NCBI GenBank assembly: GCA_043821365.1
Contig: JBDRCX010000003.1
Location: 20,175-84,174 of the forward strand
DNA from: Candidatus Micrarchaeota archaeon
GTDB taxonomy: Archaea > Micrarchaeota > Micrarchaeia > Anstonellales > Bilamarchaeaceae
Length of the DNA: 64,000 bases
Reading direction: 5' to 3'
Below, piece after piece: positions 1 to 9,351 of this stretch (the first letter of the stretch is position 1; each line of letters opens with the position of its first letter). The notes beneath the pieces are model-generated. The model was not told the origin of the DNA. It saw only the letters and a program-made list of their open reading frames with translations, and made no database searches. The position numbers were made by a program, and so were the translations under genes.

Positions 1-2
1 CT

Positions 3-1079
3 GACCATATTGATCTTGCAGCTGCAAAATCTGTTGGTCTTGATGTATTCAATTGTCCGACTTATTGTTCTGTATCTGTTGCTGAACATGCACTTGCACT
101 TGGGTTCCGTGCTATCTATGGCCCTACAAAATTACCCTCTTTTGCATCTCAAACAGTTATATTTGATCATTTTTCAGATGGATTTGCCGAATCAGCTGTT
201 GCTCAGATTCTTATGCGTTCAAGACAGATGGAAGAGTCAATAACACGAGCAAAAGAATATGATTATGAGCGTGGTGATGCACCATGGAGAAACCACCAAC
301 TAACTGGAAGCACAGTTGCAATAATAGGTCATGATAGAAAAGTGTCTAATTTAGCTAGGATTTTGCGTCTGGGGTTTCAATGTAATTTAGTTGGTTTTGA
401 TTTTGACAGAAACCTAGAAGCATTTGGTGTCCTATCAAGACCACTCGAACTAGTCAGTCACTGTAATTATATTTTCAATTGTTCTGGTGAAGTTGATATT
501 GAAGGTACGAGGATTGATTCAAGATCACTTCCAAAACCAGAAAAAGAATTTACTGGAAGCAATGTTCTAGTTTTAGGGGCAGGGGGAATTGGTTCTATTA
601 TTGCAAGAATAAGCAAATTAGGTTTTGATTGTTCTACTGCTAGTTTGAGTAGAACTGAAAAAAATCCACTTAGTGCTATTGGAGTTAGATATACGTCTAG
701 AATAGAACCTCCACTTGTTGATTCAGATTTTATTTTTATTTGTCTTCCACTTAATGAAGATACAGTTGGCATACTTAGCCAAACCAGATTTGCTGTAATT
801 GGTAGACGTCCAGTTATAGTAAATGTAACAAGAGATGAAATAGTTGATAATCAGGCACTTTACATTGCACTTCAGGATGGTTTGGTACGTGCATATGGTA
901 CTGATGTTCTACCTGATGATAAGGTTCTTTGGGCACGGGGGAATCCAAAAGAACTTACTACAAGGTTTTTAGGACTTGGGAATGTGGTTGCAACTCCACA
1001 CGAAGCAGATTGTTCAAGACAATCTCTTCATAAACTTGTTTCTGAAGTTGAGCAAAGATTAACTAGACTTAATAGATGA
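3..1079 (+). CDS. D-isomer-specific 2-hydroxyacid dehydrogenase family protein, 5' end outside the window
   Basis: Frame 3 is open from nt 3 and runs into tracked ORF 213..1079. DHIDLAAAKSVGLDVFNCPTYCSVSVAEHALAL is a typical family segment. NAD fingerprint VLVLGAGGIGSIIA; VNVTRDEIVD and ATPHEA motifs. A degenerate extra copy of the Rossmann start (TVAIIGHDRKVSNLARIL) precedes the intact one. Confidence 0.7.
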   Translation, partial: DHIDLAAAKSVGLDVFNCPTYCSVSVAEHALALGFRAIYGPTKLPSFASQTVIFDHFSDGFAESAVAQILMRSRQMEESITRAKEYDYERGDAPWRNHQLTGSTVAIIGHDRKVSNLARILRLGFQCNLVGFDFDRNLEAFGVLSRPLELVSHCNYIFNCSGEVDIEGTRIDSRSLPKPEKEFTGSNVLVLGAGGIGSIIARISKLGFDCSTASLSRTEKNPLSAIGVRYTSRIEPPLVDSDFIFICLPLNEDTVGILSQTRFAVIGRRPVIVNVTRDEIVDNQALYIALQDGLVRAYGTDVLPDDKVLWARGNPKELTTRFLGLGNVVATPHEADCSRQSLHKLVSEVEQRLTRLNR

Positions 1080-3076
1080 TATTTATGGGCAAACCAAATA
1101 CAAGACCAGTTTTTAGAGAAGGAAGGCATGGGGAGCGTGCTGTTCATGTAGCTAGAATTAATGGTGTTGTTTTTGACAAAACAGATGTTGGCCAACGAAT
1201 TGCACATTATAGTAGAACACCCTTTGGTAACCCTAGGCCCATAATAGAGGGGCGTTTTGGTGATCCAACATGTTATCCTGGTTTAGGTCCCTATTCTGGT
1301 GTTGAAAGACATGAAGCTAGGGCACGTTTCTATCCACCAAATGTTCATTCTGGTTATGTGATGGGTGGTGATCCAACATTAAAAGAATGGTTACGTCAAG
1401 GTAGGAAAAACGTTGAGGATAAAATCCAGGTACCTGATGGGGTTGGAGTATATATAACTGCAGGTGTTGCCGGTGCATTGCGCTTAATAAGTGATGCAAC
1501 TTTATTTCCACTTGCTTTAGATTTTAATCAAGATCATCTTAATGCGCTTAGAACTAAATTAGATCGCGGTACATTCGATGCACAGGACCAAACCGAACTA
1601 AGTGCTCTTCTAAGGAGATTGCACCAAACCACTCCTGATAATGTTGTAGTTCCAGAATGGACATACCCTTCTCATCTTGCTGAAACCTATCGTGCACATG
1701 GACAAGTAAAAATATGTCCTATTGATAAAAATGGACAGGTTGATCTTGCTAAACTTAAAAAAACCATAGATAAAAATACACGAACAGTTCTATTTGCTAC
1801 TGTTGGAAATCCACTATCAGTTGCAATGGAACCAGAACGTTTTGATGAAATCCTAAGAATTGTAAGTGCAAAAATGAAGGAATATGGACACCCAATCATA
1901 TTAGTTGCTGATACTATTTACGAACCATTTAGGAGACCTGGATCAGTTCGTATCGATCCAATTCAAAGAGCACTTCGTTTGAATAGAGAATTAGATCCAC
2001 CTGCCATAGTGATACAAACTTCAAGTTTTTCAAAAATGATGGCAATCCCAGGTCAACGTGTGGGGTATTTCTGTCTTTATTGGGAAGAAAATTTATTTCC
2101 AAATGAAAGATTCAATCTTCTTAAAGCACTACAGCTTCTCTACAGTCCAACACTCTGTCCAGTATCCCAAAAAACACAGTGGGCTCTTGGTATGCTATAT
2201 AGTGGAATTAATGCAAATGTTCCGTTGGATGAAAAGTTTGTTCCAATTGCAGCTGCTCTATCTGCACTTAAAAGATTAAAAGACAGAAAATCATTAGATC
2301 CAGAAGCACCAGAAGGATTTTATTCTGTTAATACTGACGTATGTGTAACTGCATTTGCTGAGATGAGTGACGAACTTGTAGATGGGGATTATGGATTAAG
2401 AGCGTCATTTCGTGTACAGAAGTTTTTAGATTTATTGAAAGATGTAGTATTTCGTGGAAAACCACTTATCGAAATTAAGGAAGTTGGAGATAAGAAATTC
2501 TATAAATTAGTTGCAGATATCCCGGATCTTCCAGTTGCAACAGAAGACTCTGGTGGCATTCCTTACAATATAACTGGTATAAAACGTAGACTTTATGGTA
2601 CGGTATATCATTCAGATTGGTATGCAATTGCTCTTGCTTGTGGTATTCCTACTGAATGGAATAAATATGAGGACCACAAAACCTATATGAGAGAAACGGT
2701 ATTTTCTAGAACTATGGAATTTGTAAATGCACTTGATGAATTGAGATCCGAAGGAATTTACATTCATCCTGCTTACTATGTGGACGGCGATCCAAGCAAG
2801 GGACTTGATCCAAATAAGATAAATGCATTCTATGTACTTTGGGGAATTGATAAGCTCAGGAGATATGTTCCAGATGGACTTTCACAATCTGCTAGGTTAG
2901 TAGAAGAGTGCGTAAAAGTCGGTGGACCAATGATTGCAAATACTCCTGGAGAGCTTTTCTTACCACCAGAATATCGTAGTGATCAAACATCTTATCAAAG
3001 GCATGTTGCACTTTTAGACTCAGCACATAATAGATTAATGATTGAAACAATAAGAAGAGTGGCAAGACAATTATAA
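1076..3076 (+). CDS. PLP-dependent aminotransferase (class I/II fold), atypically long at 666 aa
   Basis: Fold-type I motifs in the right order: GNPLS, ADTIYEPF, SSFSKMMAIPGQRVGY (Schiff-base Lys). ATGA stop/start overlap with the upstream gene. Long N-terminal extension and a large insertion in the C-terminal domain. Confidence 0.6.
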   Translation: MIFMGKPNTRPVFREGRHGERAVHVARINGVVFDKTDVGQRIAHYSRTPFGNPRPIIEGRFGDPTCYPGLGPYSGVERHEARARFYPPNVHSGYVMGGDPTLKEWLRQGRKNVEDKIQVPDGVGVYITAGVAGALRLISDATLFPLALDFNQDHLNALRTKLDRGTFDAQDQTELSALLRRLHQTTPDNVVVPEWTYPSHLAETYRAHGQVKICPIDKNGQVDLAKLKKTIDKNTRTVLFATVGNPLSVAMEPERFDEILRIVSAKMKEYGHPIILVADTIYEPFRRPGSVRIDPIQRALRLNRELDPPAIVIQTSSFSKMMAIPGQRVGYFCLYWEENLFPNERFNLLKALQLLYSPTLCPVSQKTQWALGMLYSGINANVPLDEKFVPIAAALSALKRLKDRKSLDPEAPEGFYSVNTDVCVTAFAEMSDELVDGDYGLRASFRVQKFLDLLKDVVFRGKPLIEIKEVGDKKFYKLVADIPDLPVATEDSGGIPYNITGIKRRLYGTVYHSDWYAIALACGIPTEWNKYEDHKTYMRETVFSRTMEFVNALDELRSEGIYIHPAYYVDGDPSKGLDPNKINAFYVLWGIDKLRRYVPDGLSQSARLVEECVKVGGPMIANTPGELFLPPEYRSDQTSYQRHVALLDSAHNRLMIETIRRVARQL

Positions 3077-3090
3077 TAAAAATAAAAAAA

Positions 3091-3426
3091 TTATAATGTG
3101 TTCATTAACTCCTGTGTCTTGTAAGTCATAAACAGCATACCGAGACCAAATGTTACTAGACCAACCACGAATAGAATTGTTGCTCCTAATGGGTAACCAG
3201 CTGAACCTTTTTTCTTTGCTGCTTCTTCTACATCACAGAAGAATTTCCATAAGATGTATAGGTTTACAAGCGGAATAAAGCACAACACCAATTGAATAAT
3301 CGGATTATATGTTGCATTTGTAGATGCTTTAAATTCCTCGAACCATTTATACAAAAGATACAGTCCTACAAATGGTATTACCATCATAACTACTGCCATT
3401 ACAGGGCTTCTAGCCATTATTATCAC
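3091..3426 (-). CDS. small integral membrane protein, unknown function
   Basis: 111-aa ORF with about 3 hydrophobic helices and a charged loop (EEAAKKKG). No catalytic motif. Confidence 0.45.
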   Translation of the reverse strand: MIIMARSPVMAVVMMVIPFVGLYLLYKWFEEFKASTNATYNPIIQLVLCFIPLVNLYILWKFFCDVEEAAKKKGSAGYPLGATILFVVGLVTFGLGMLFMTYKTQELMNTL

Positions 3427-3526
3427 CTGGTTAGCACTCTATGATAAAATTTATTAATATTTCTAGATTGCAAAGAATGAGAAATAATAGAAAAATAAAA
3501 ATTTATCGAGCTGATCCTGCCATGTC

Positions 3527-3628
3527 CTTGAAGCCGAAGCGGTTTCAAGATAGTCAAAAAGTGCTACCTTGCACTTGTCGTACTTGAAACGTCGCGTTTC
3601 AAGACGCATCTGCACGATCAACGTGCAG
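3527..3628 (-). other. cluster of four stem-loops at and after the 3' end of the S7 gene (terminator or 3'UTR structure, or a small RNA)
   Basis: Hairpins at 3527-3549 (9 bp), 3561-3574 (4 bp followed by T5 on the minus strand), 3583-3603 (9 bp, CTTGAAACG/CGTTTCAAG) and 3610-3628 (7 bp; the S7 stop codon sits in the loop). Locally G+C-enriched. Confidence 0.5.
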
Positions 3629-4223
3629 AACGTGCCATACGTTCAGTTTCGTCTCTTTTCTTAATTGCATAACTTGCTTGCATGTCTCCCTTTGCTGTAG
3701 ACATGATTTCATCTGCAAGTGATTGTGAGAGAGATTTTGCTTTATTGAAAGAACTCATTAATGCAGCAAGAGCCATGTTTCTCAAAGCCATATCTAATCG
3801 TCTTGTTGCTGATACGTCAACTGCAATCTGATAGCTGACACCACCATGAGAAACTCTTGTAACATCTTCTCTTGGAGCAGCATTTTCCAATGCCTTTATA
3901 AGAACTTGAACTGGGTTTTCTTTTGTCTGTTCTTCAACTATTGCAAATGCATCTTCGACAACTTTCAATGCCTTGAGTTTTTTACCTTGCATTCTTCCTT
4001 TTGTTCTAATAACTTTACCAGAGGTTTTTTCACCTGTACCTCCTCTCATAAGTTTGTTTGCAAGTCTCTCAACAACATTTACTTGTGTTTTACCCAAAAC
4101 CTTTTTTGCGTTCCTACCAAATGTGTGTGGAACCATAATTGGGTTAAGAGATATGTTCTGAGCAAGGCTCATGTCCTTTATCACAATATCATTCAATGAA
4201 TATTTACCAAATAATTTATCCAT
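3618..4223 (-). CDS. rps7: 30S ribosomal protein S7 (uS7)
   Basis: 201 aa with typical uS7 sequence (KALENAAPREDVTRVSHGGVSYQIAVDVS). Directly downstream of S12, as in the conserved str cluster. Confidence 0.95.
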   Translation of the reverse strand: MDKLFGKYSLNDIVIKDMSLAQNISLNPIMVPHTFGRNAKKVLGKTQVNVVERLANKLMRGGTGEKTSGKVIRTKGRMQGKKLKALKVVEDAFAIVEEQTKENPVQVLIKALENAAPREDVTRVSHGGVSYQIAVDVSATRRLDMALRNMALAALMSSFNKAKSLSQSLADEIMSTAKGDMQASYAIKKRDETERMARSAR

Positions 4224-4227
4224 TCAA

Positions 4228-4710
4228 TCATCTCTTTGCTTTTTCTTTCTTGCCCTTTCTGAGCATCTGTAGGTCTGTGTTGTTTACTGCAACGACTTTG
4301 TATCTAACACCTGGAATAGAACCCATCTGCCCTCTTTGAGATCCACCAAGACCAGCAAGTAGGACTTCGTCGTGCTCATCAATAAATGTAATTGCCTTGT
4401 CTCTAACAGCGTGTGCAGTCACTACCTTTCCATTTTTAAGAAGCTGACACTTCACACATTTTATAAGTCCAGAGTGAGGCTGCTTTTGCTCAAGAACGAC
4501 TTTTTCAAGTACGATTGCTTTCGCCTGTGGAGCTCCTTCCAGAGGATCAAATTTTTCTTTTAATTTAAGCGTTCGTCTTTTCCATCTTTTGGAGAGCCAC
4601 TTGTGCTTTCTTCTGTTTCTTTTTAAGTTTCTACCTGCGAATTCACCATTACCCATATACACACCTGTTGGTGAATGACCTGATTTGTTCAGGGATCCAC
4701 CATTATCCAT
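4228..4710 (-). CDS. rps12: 30S ribosomal protein S12 (uS12)
   Basis: Typical uS12 core ([32 protein letters not shown]...[11 protein letters not shown]). The true start is probably the ATG at 4656 (M19), preceded by AGGTG. Confidence 0.95.
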   Translation of the reverse strand: MDNGGSLNKSGHSPTGVYMGNGEFAGRNLKRNRRKHKWLSKRWKRRTLKLKEKFDPLEGAPQAKAIVLEKVVLEQKQPHSGLIKCVKCQLLKNGKVVTAHAVRDKAITFIDEHDEVLLAGLGGSQRGQMGSIPGVRYKVVAVNNTDLQMLRKGKKEKAKR

Positions 4711-4859
4711 TAATTTACCTGTAGTAATACGACTATAATTCTAACCTAGCATTTGATAATAGCTAGACTTATTAAGCCATGAACTATCATTGAAGCTTTG
4801 CTTCAAGACATTAAATGGTACTGAGAAGGATTTATAAAGTTTATGAAGTCCTTCTAGCA

Positions 4860-5012
4860 TCACTTTTTAGCTCTGATTTCTCTTCTTTTTGGTCTTAAGT
4901 ACTTAGACCCGCATTTTCTGCATTTATCAACTGTCTTTTTATTTCTCGTCTTGCACTTTTTGCATACGTTAATGCCAGCGAGTTTCAAGTCTGCTTCTGG
5001 AAATTTTCCCAT
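4860..5012 (-). CDS. rpl40e: 50S ribosomal protein L40e (50 aa, below the ORF-track cutoff)
   Basis: My translation of the minus strand is MGKFPEADLKLAGINVCKKCKTRNKKTVDKCRKCGSKYLRPKRREIRAKK*. It has the CxxC...CxxC zinc ribbon and basic tail typical of archaeal L40e. Confidence 0.85.
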   Translation of the reverse strand: MGKFPEADLKLAGINVCKKCKTRNKKTVDKCRKCGSKYLRPKRREIRAKK

Positions 5013-5085
5013 GTTTTTAACACCTAGAGTAGTATTAATAGGTTTAACCTATGCTTAGCATTGTTTTTAAATTTGCTGATCCAGT

Positions 5086-5538
5086 TTGTTATGCTATGGT
5101 GTGCTCATTATGATAGAAGAAAAATCATGTGGTCTGATCCTGTTTAGGGAAATAAATAAGATGCGTCTTTATCTATTACTTAATTATGAGGAAGGACATT
5201 GGGGGTTCCCCAAAGGTCATGTTGAAAAAAATGAAGATGAGATTGAAACTGCTCTTCGTGAAACAATGGAAGAGACAGGAATTACTGAAATAACTATTTT
5301 GCCTAATTTTCATGAATCACTTGTTTATCAATATAGGAAAAATGGCCAGAAATTCCATAAAACTGTCTATTTTTTTATAGGAAAGACAAAAACCGAAAGA
5401 ATTCTCCTTTCACATGAGCATGTTGGTTCGATGTGGTTATCCTATCAAATGGCACGGAAAAAACTCACATTTGATAATACTAAGACGATTCTTGATGCTG
5501 CTGATAACTTCCTTAGTAATCTAGTGGGTAATAAATAA
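5086..5538 (+). CDS. Nudix hydrolase
   Basis: Nudix box GHWGFPKGHVEKNEDEIETALRETMEETGI. Alternative start ATG at 5110. Confidence 0.85.
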   Translation: MLCYGVLIMIEEKSCGLILFREINKMRLYLLLNYEEGHWGFPKGHVEKNEDEIETALRETMEETGITEITILPNFHESLVYQYRKNGQKFHKTVYFFIGKTKTERILLSHEHVGSMWLSYQMARKKLTFDNTKTILDAADNFLSNLVGNK

Positions 5539-5553
5539 CCTATCCATCATATC

Positions 5554-6078
5554 ATGTATATGCGATTTGAACGCATTACATCCGAATCCTTCGTATTCGA
5601 TGCAGTAAAAGAAATTTACGAATCTTCTTTTCCTCCTGAAGAAAAAAGAGAACTTAACAAAGATCTTTTTGATAGGAAGAACTATTCTTTGTTAACTGCA
5701 ATTGAGGATGAACCAGTTGGTTTTATCTCTGTTTGGGATTTTGGTAATTTTGTTTTTATTGAACATTTTGCAGTTAAAAAACAACTTCGTGATCAAGGCA
5801 TTGGAACTAGAATGCTTAGTAAATTTTTAGACGATCATCCAGATGTAATACTTGAAATTGAAAGACCAAAAACAGAAGAACAGTATATGCGGATAAAATT
5901 CTATAAGCAAATAGGGTTTCATCTGAATAATTACCAGTATGTACAACCACCATATGGTCCTGAGAAACCACCTGTAAATATGTTCATAATGAGCTATCCA
6001 AAAGCATTATCTGACAACGAATTTTCAAATATAAAAAAGAGAATATATTCTACTGTTTATGGTATTGTTTCAAAATAA
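5554..6078 (+). CDS. GNAT-family N-acetyltransferase
   Basis: Acetyl-CoA binding motif IEHFAVKKQLRDQGIGTRML, and a size typical of GNAT. Confidence 0.75.
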   Translation: MYMRFERITSESFVFDAVKEIYESSFPPEEKRELNKDLFDRKNYSLLTAIEDEPVGFISVWDFGNFVFIEHFAVKKQLRDQGIGTRMLSKFLDDHPDVILEIERPKTEEQYMRIKFYKQIGFHLNNYQYVQPPYGPEKPPVNMFIMSYPKALSDNEFSNIKKRIYSTVYGIVSK

Positions 6079-6104
6079 ATAACACTAGAAATTATAAATG
6101 TCGG

Positions 6105-6485
6105 ATGTATTTACTTACTAGTGGTCTTGTGAAGTCTATTTTATTTATTTTTCTAATTATTGGAGCGGTCTTTGCTAACGCAGATCCATGCTGGGATCAG
6201 ACTAGACCGTGTGCACAATCTTGTTGTCCAAAAATAGGTGGAACATGGTCTGATTTTGAAGATGATTGTTTGATAGATGAAAATTATACTGATGAAGAAA
6301 CATTACAATTATTACAACAACATTGCCCCAATTGTTTCAATTCATATGCTATTTGTATTAACAATACAGAAATAGATTATTCTAGCATCCCCTCGCCAAC
6401 TACTAATTGTTGTGGACCAGCATTTATTTTTGCCAGTCTGGTTATATCCATTTTCTTCGTGAAAAATGCAGGGAGCAGGATTTGA
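6105..6485 (+). CDS. small Cys-rich secreted or membrane-anchored protein
   Basis: N-terminal hydrophobic signal, 10+ Cys, and a C-terminal hydrophobic anchor (GPAFIFASLVISIFFV). The last ~18 nt overlap tRNA-Leu on the opposite strand. Confidence 0.45.
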   Translation: MYLLTSGLVKSILFIFLIIGAVFANADPCWDQTRPCAQSCCPKIGGTWSDFEDDCLIDENYTDEETLQLLQQHCPNCFNSYAICINNTEIDYSSIPSPTTNCCGPAFIFASLVISIFFVKNAGSRI

Positions 6486-6552
6486 ACCTGCGCAGGTACT
6501 AAACCACAGCGTCCTAAGCGCTGCACATTTGACCAGACTCTGTCATCCCTGC
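6467..6552 (-). tRNA. tRNA-Leu (anticodon UAG), no intron
   Basis: Minus strand reads GCAGGGA..CAGCG-CTTAGGA-CGCTG..long variable arm..GCAGG-TTCAAAT-CCTGC-TCCCTGC-A. Full cloverleaf with 7-bp acceptor stem. Confidence 0.9.
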
Positions 6553-6692
6553 ATCGTGAAAATCAGCAGATTTTCGCGAATCTTAAACGGCGAACCGTTC
6601 AAGTACTAATTAAAATTTCCAAAGGAAATTTTGACTGCTTTAAAGTCCATAGGTTTCAAAGACTACTTAGAGTCTGAAGGACTTTGGGTACA
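6553..6692 (-). other. structured spacer between the mre11 stop and the tRNA-Leu 5' end
   Basis: Hairpins at 6558-6575 (7 bp), 6612-6632 (9 bp) and 6655-6678. Helix 6642-6648/6679-6685 encloses the last one. Confidence 0.4.
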
Positions 6693-7808
6693 TTACTGAC
6701 TAGTATCTTTTTTATTATGTTTCTCCAAGTATTCTAAAGTTTTTTCTGGTCCTTCTATCAACTTTTCAAACAAATCAGCACCGTCAAACATGGTTATTTT
6801 TTCCTCTGTTTTTTTCTTAAGTTCGCGAATTGCAACTTCTCTAATTGATAAATTCACATCTCTGGCATTTTTTATTCTTTCAATTTTTGCTGCTAAGTTT
6901 TCCTCATTTAATCTATTTTCAATGTAAACATTCTCATATCCGTCTAACCTGATATCCGAGTTATTTAATCCCTGTTTTAATTTCCCATCAATCTTTACTG
7001 CAATTATGGCATCCTTATGGTCCTTTCTTATACTATCAATGACTTCTCTTACTTTTTCTCTTATGTCCATTTCACTAGCTTCTTCAAATTTCAACTCTTC
7101 ATAGAAAAATTTCCTGGTTGGTACTTGTACAAATTCTGATTTTTTCGTTTGTGTGTCATATATATAATATCCTTTTGGTGCAGTTTCATCCTTTTTTAGT
7201 TGTGTTATTACTGTGCTTCCTGGGATCAAAAACCGTCCATCTAATTTTGTTATTGTTTCGTGTATGTGTCCATTTATTATCAAGTGAAAAGGAAGAGTTT
7301 CAAGATATTCTAAAGAAAGCTCTTCAGTTGCTCCAGGTGCAAGTTCTTTTATCGATTGATGGAGAATTAGAACTCTACATGCATCATCCTTTTTGGTGAA
7401 TTTTTGCATAACTGTTTTAAGTGCAGTTTCTGCATATTCTTCTGGAACACTTCCCATACCAAAAATCTGTATTTTTTCATTATCTTTTTCAAATAACTCT
7501 TCAGAACCATGCAATAGTCTCAATCTGGTTCCTGAAGCAAGTAATTGCACTGGGTTTACCATGTCTTTTGCACGTCTTTCATGATTGCCATGAATTGCAT
7601 AGATGGGTACATTTGTTTTATTGAAAATTTCCATTGCTCTTTTTATTGTTTCTAATTTTGGAATTTTAACGTCAAATATATCTCCTGCACAAATTATAAT
7701 ATCAGATTTTCCAGATGCATCTAAAATCACTCTTTCTGCTTGAATATAGCTATCCTCTTCGAATCTTGCATATCCTAAGTGCGGATCAGAAAAAATAGCT
7801 ATTTTCAT
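6693..7808 (-). CDS. mre11: Mre11/SbcD-type DNA repair exonuclease
   Basis: Calcineurin-like phosphoesterase motifs in order: FSDPHLG, CAGDIFD, IHGNHE, GHIHE. Confidence 0.85.
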   Translation of the reverse strand: MKIAIFSDPHLGYARFEEDSYIQAERVILDASGKSDIIICAGDIFDVKIPKLETIKRAMEIFNKTNVPIYAIHGNHERRAKDMVNPVQLLASGTRLRLLHGSEELFEKDNEKIQIFGMGSVPEEYAETALKTVMQKFTKKDDACRVLILHQSIKELAPGATEELSLEYLETLPFHLIINGHIHETITKLDGRFLIPGSTVITQLKKDETAPKGYYIYDTQTKKSEFVQVPTRKFFYEELKFEEASEMDIREKVREVIDSIRKDHKDAIIAVKIDGKLKQGLNNSDIRLDGYENVYIENRLNEENLAAKIERIKNARDVNLSIREVAIRELKKKTEEKITMFDGADLFEKLIEGPEKTLEYLEKHNKKDTSQ

Positions 7809-7840
7809 GTAAATAGAATAAATGTAAAAGAAAATAAAAA

Positions 7841-8746
7841 TTATACTACGATTGGTTCTCCAGGAACTCTTCTAAATAACTGTACGTCTCCTATGTGTTT
7901 GGCCCCAGTGACATACCTGGCCAATCTTTCAACACCAAAACCACCCCCGGCAGATGGAACTAGTCCTGTTTTAGCAAGTTCAAGGTATGGTTCATAGCGA
8001 GTTTTATCCAAACCATGTTTGTCTATTTTTTTTATTATTGTATCGTACTCATATTCTCGTTCAGCGCCAGATAATCCCTCGCAAAATCCTTCTGGGTAAA
8101 CCATATCATAATTGACATAATGGCCTGGTCTATCAGGATCCTCTTTATCGTAAAATTCCCTGCTATGGTCAAGCACCCAAAATGGTTGTTTTGTTTCAGT
8201 TGATGCCAAGTATTCCCAATCCTCTCCATATTTGTCTTTTAGTTCATAGGTTGTATATCTTTTGAAAGGCCCATCTATGGTTGAGAGGTGTCTATCTAAA
8301 AGATCCAACTCTTCTGAATGAAATGTTTTGGTATAATCAATTGCTCCCTTCAAGAAACCTTCCATTAGTCTAAAAACATCCTCTTTAGTTCCATGGGCAA
8401 TTTCAAAATCAACCTGTGAAAATTCAAACAAGTGTTTGCCGCTATCTCTGCGTTTAGGGTCTTCTAACCTTACGTTTGGAGATATTATGAACAATTTTTC
8501 TATTCCTTCTTTTATGGCAATCTGCTTATGCAAAATCATTGACTGAGTTAAGCTTAATCTCTGCCCGAGGTAGTCAATTTCCCCTGTTTTGATTACTGTA
8601 CTTCCTGGGTCAGGTCCAAGGGGGTCGGTTACTGAAGAAAGAATTATTGGCATAAGTTGGGTAAAATTATTTTTGTGGAAGTAATCACTAGTGTAACGCA
8701 ACAAACCAGATACAATCTTCAAATGGGTTTTTCTAATGTCTTTCAT
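7841..8746 (-). CDS. class II aminoacyl-tRNA-synthetase-core paralogue, probably archaeal-type asparagine synthetase A
   Basis: 301 aa with no anticodon-binding domain. Class II motif 2-like VRLEDPKRRDSGKHLFEFSQVDFE and motif 3 GGGFGVERLARY. Confidence 0.6.
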   Translation of the reverse strand: MKDIRKTHLKIVSGLLRYTSDYFHKNNFTQLMPIILSSVTDPLGPDPGSTVIKTGEIDYLGQRLSLTQSMILHKQIAIKEGIEKLFIISPNVRLEDPKRRDSGKHLFEFSQVDFEIAHGTKEDVFRLMEGFLKGAIDYTKTFHSEELDLLDRHLSTIDGPFKRYTTYELKDKYGEDWEYLASTETKQPFWVLDHSREFYDKEDPDRPGHYVNYDMVYPEGFCEGLSGAEREYEYDTIIKKIDKHGLDKTRYEPYLELAKTGLVPSAGGGFGVERLARYVTGAKHIGDVQLFRRVPGEPIVV

Positions 8747-8859
8747 AATTTCACCTATATGGTGAGTGTAAAATCTAGTATTTATATTTTATCCATTATT
8801 TTTTGTATAATTTACAAAAATCACAAGTTTTTTAAATATTTATTGGAAATTATCCAACT

Positions 8860-9312
8860 ATGGAAAAAAAGATAGACGAAACAGATATGGAACTACTTAA
8901 AATTCTAGAATCTAATGCAAAAGCCAGAATACATTCCATTGCCAGGAAAATAAATCTCCCAGCTTCAACTGTCCATCACAGGATAAAAAGACTTGAAGAA
9001 GAAGGCATTATAAGTTCTTGGACAATAAAAAAGAATTTTTCTTCTCTTGGCCTTACTATGAAAGCACACATACTCACGTTCGTTGATCTGACTATGTTAA
9101 CACAAATGAAAAGAACCCAAAAAGATATTGCAGATGATATCAAAAAAATAAATGGTGTAGAATCTGTTGACATTGTAACTGGAGATTCTGATCTTCTACT
9201 TACAGTTCGTTGTAAAGATATGAAAGAATTTCAAGATCTGTTGCTTAAGAAAATCCAATCAATAAAGGGAATTACAAAAACTAAGACTATGATCGTTGTG
9301 GCAGAGTGCTAG
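8860..9312 (+). CDS. Lrp/AsnC-family transcriptional regulator
   Basis: N-terminal HTH (DETDMELLKILESNAKARIHSIARKINLPASTVHHRIKRLEEEGII) plus a C-terminal RAM-type domain. Confidence 0.85.
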   Translation: MEKKIDETDMELLKILESNAKARIHSIARKINLPASTVHHRIKRLEEEGIISSWTIKKNFSSLGLTMKAHILTFVDLTMLTQMKRTQKDIADDIKKINGVESVDIVTGDSDLLLTVRCKDMKEFQDLLLKKIQSIKGITKTKTMIVVAEC

Positions 9313-9351
9313 AGATTTTAAAACATATGGTACTATATTCCCCTATTTCCA

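Noticed and set aside
10-243. Tracked 77-aa ORF at the window start
   Set aside because: It is in the wrong frame. Frame 3 gives a continuous, family-typical 2-hydroxyacid dehydrogenase sequence from nt 3 into ORF 213..1079.
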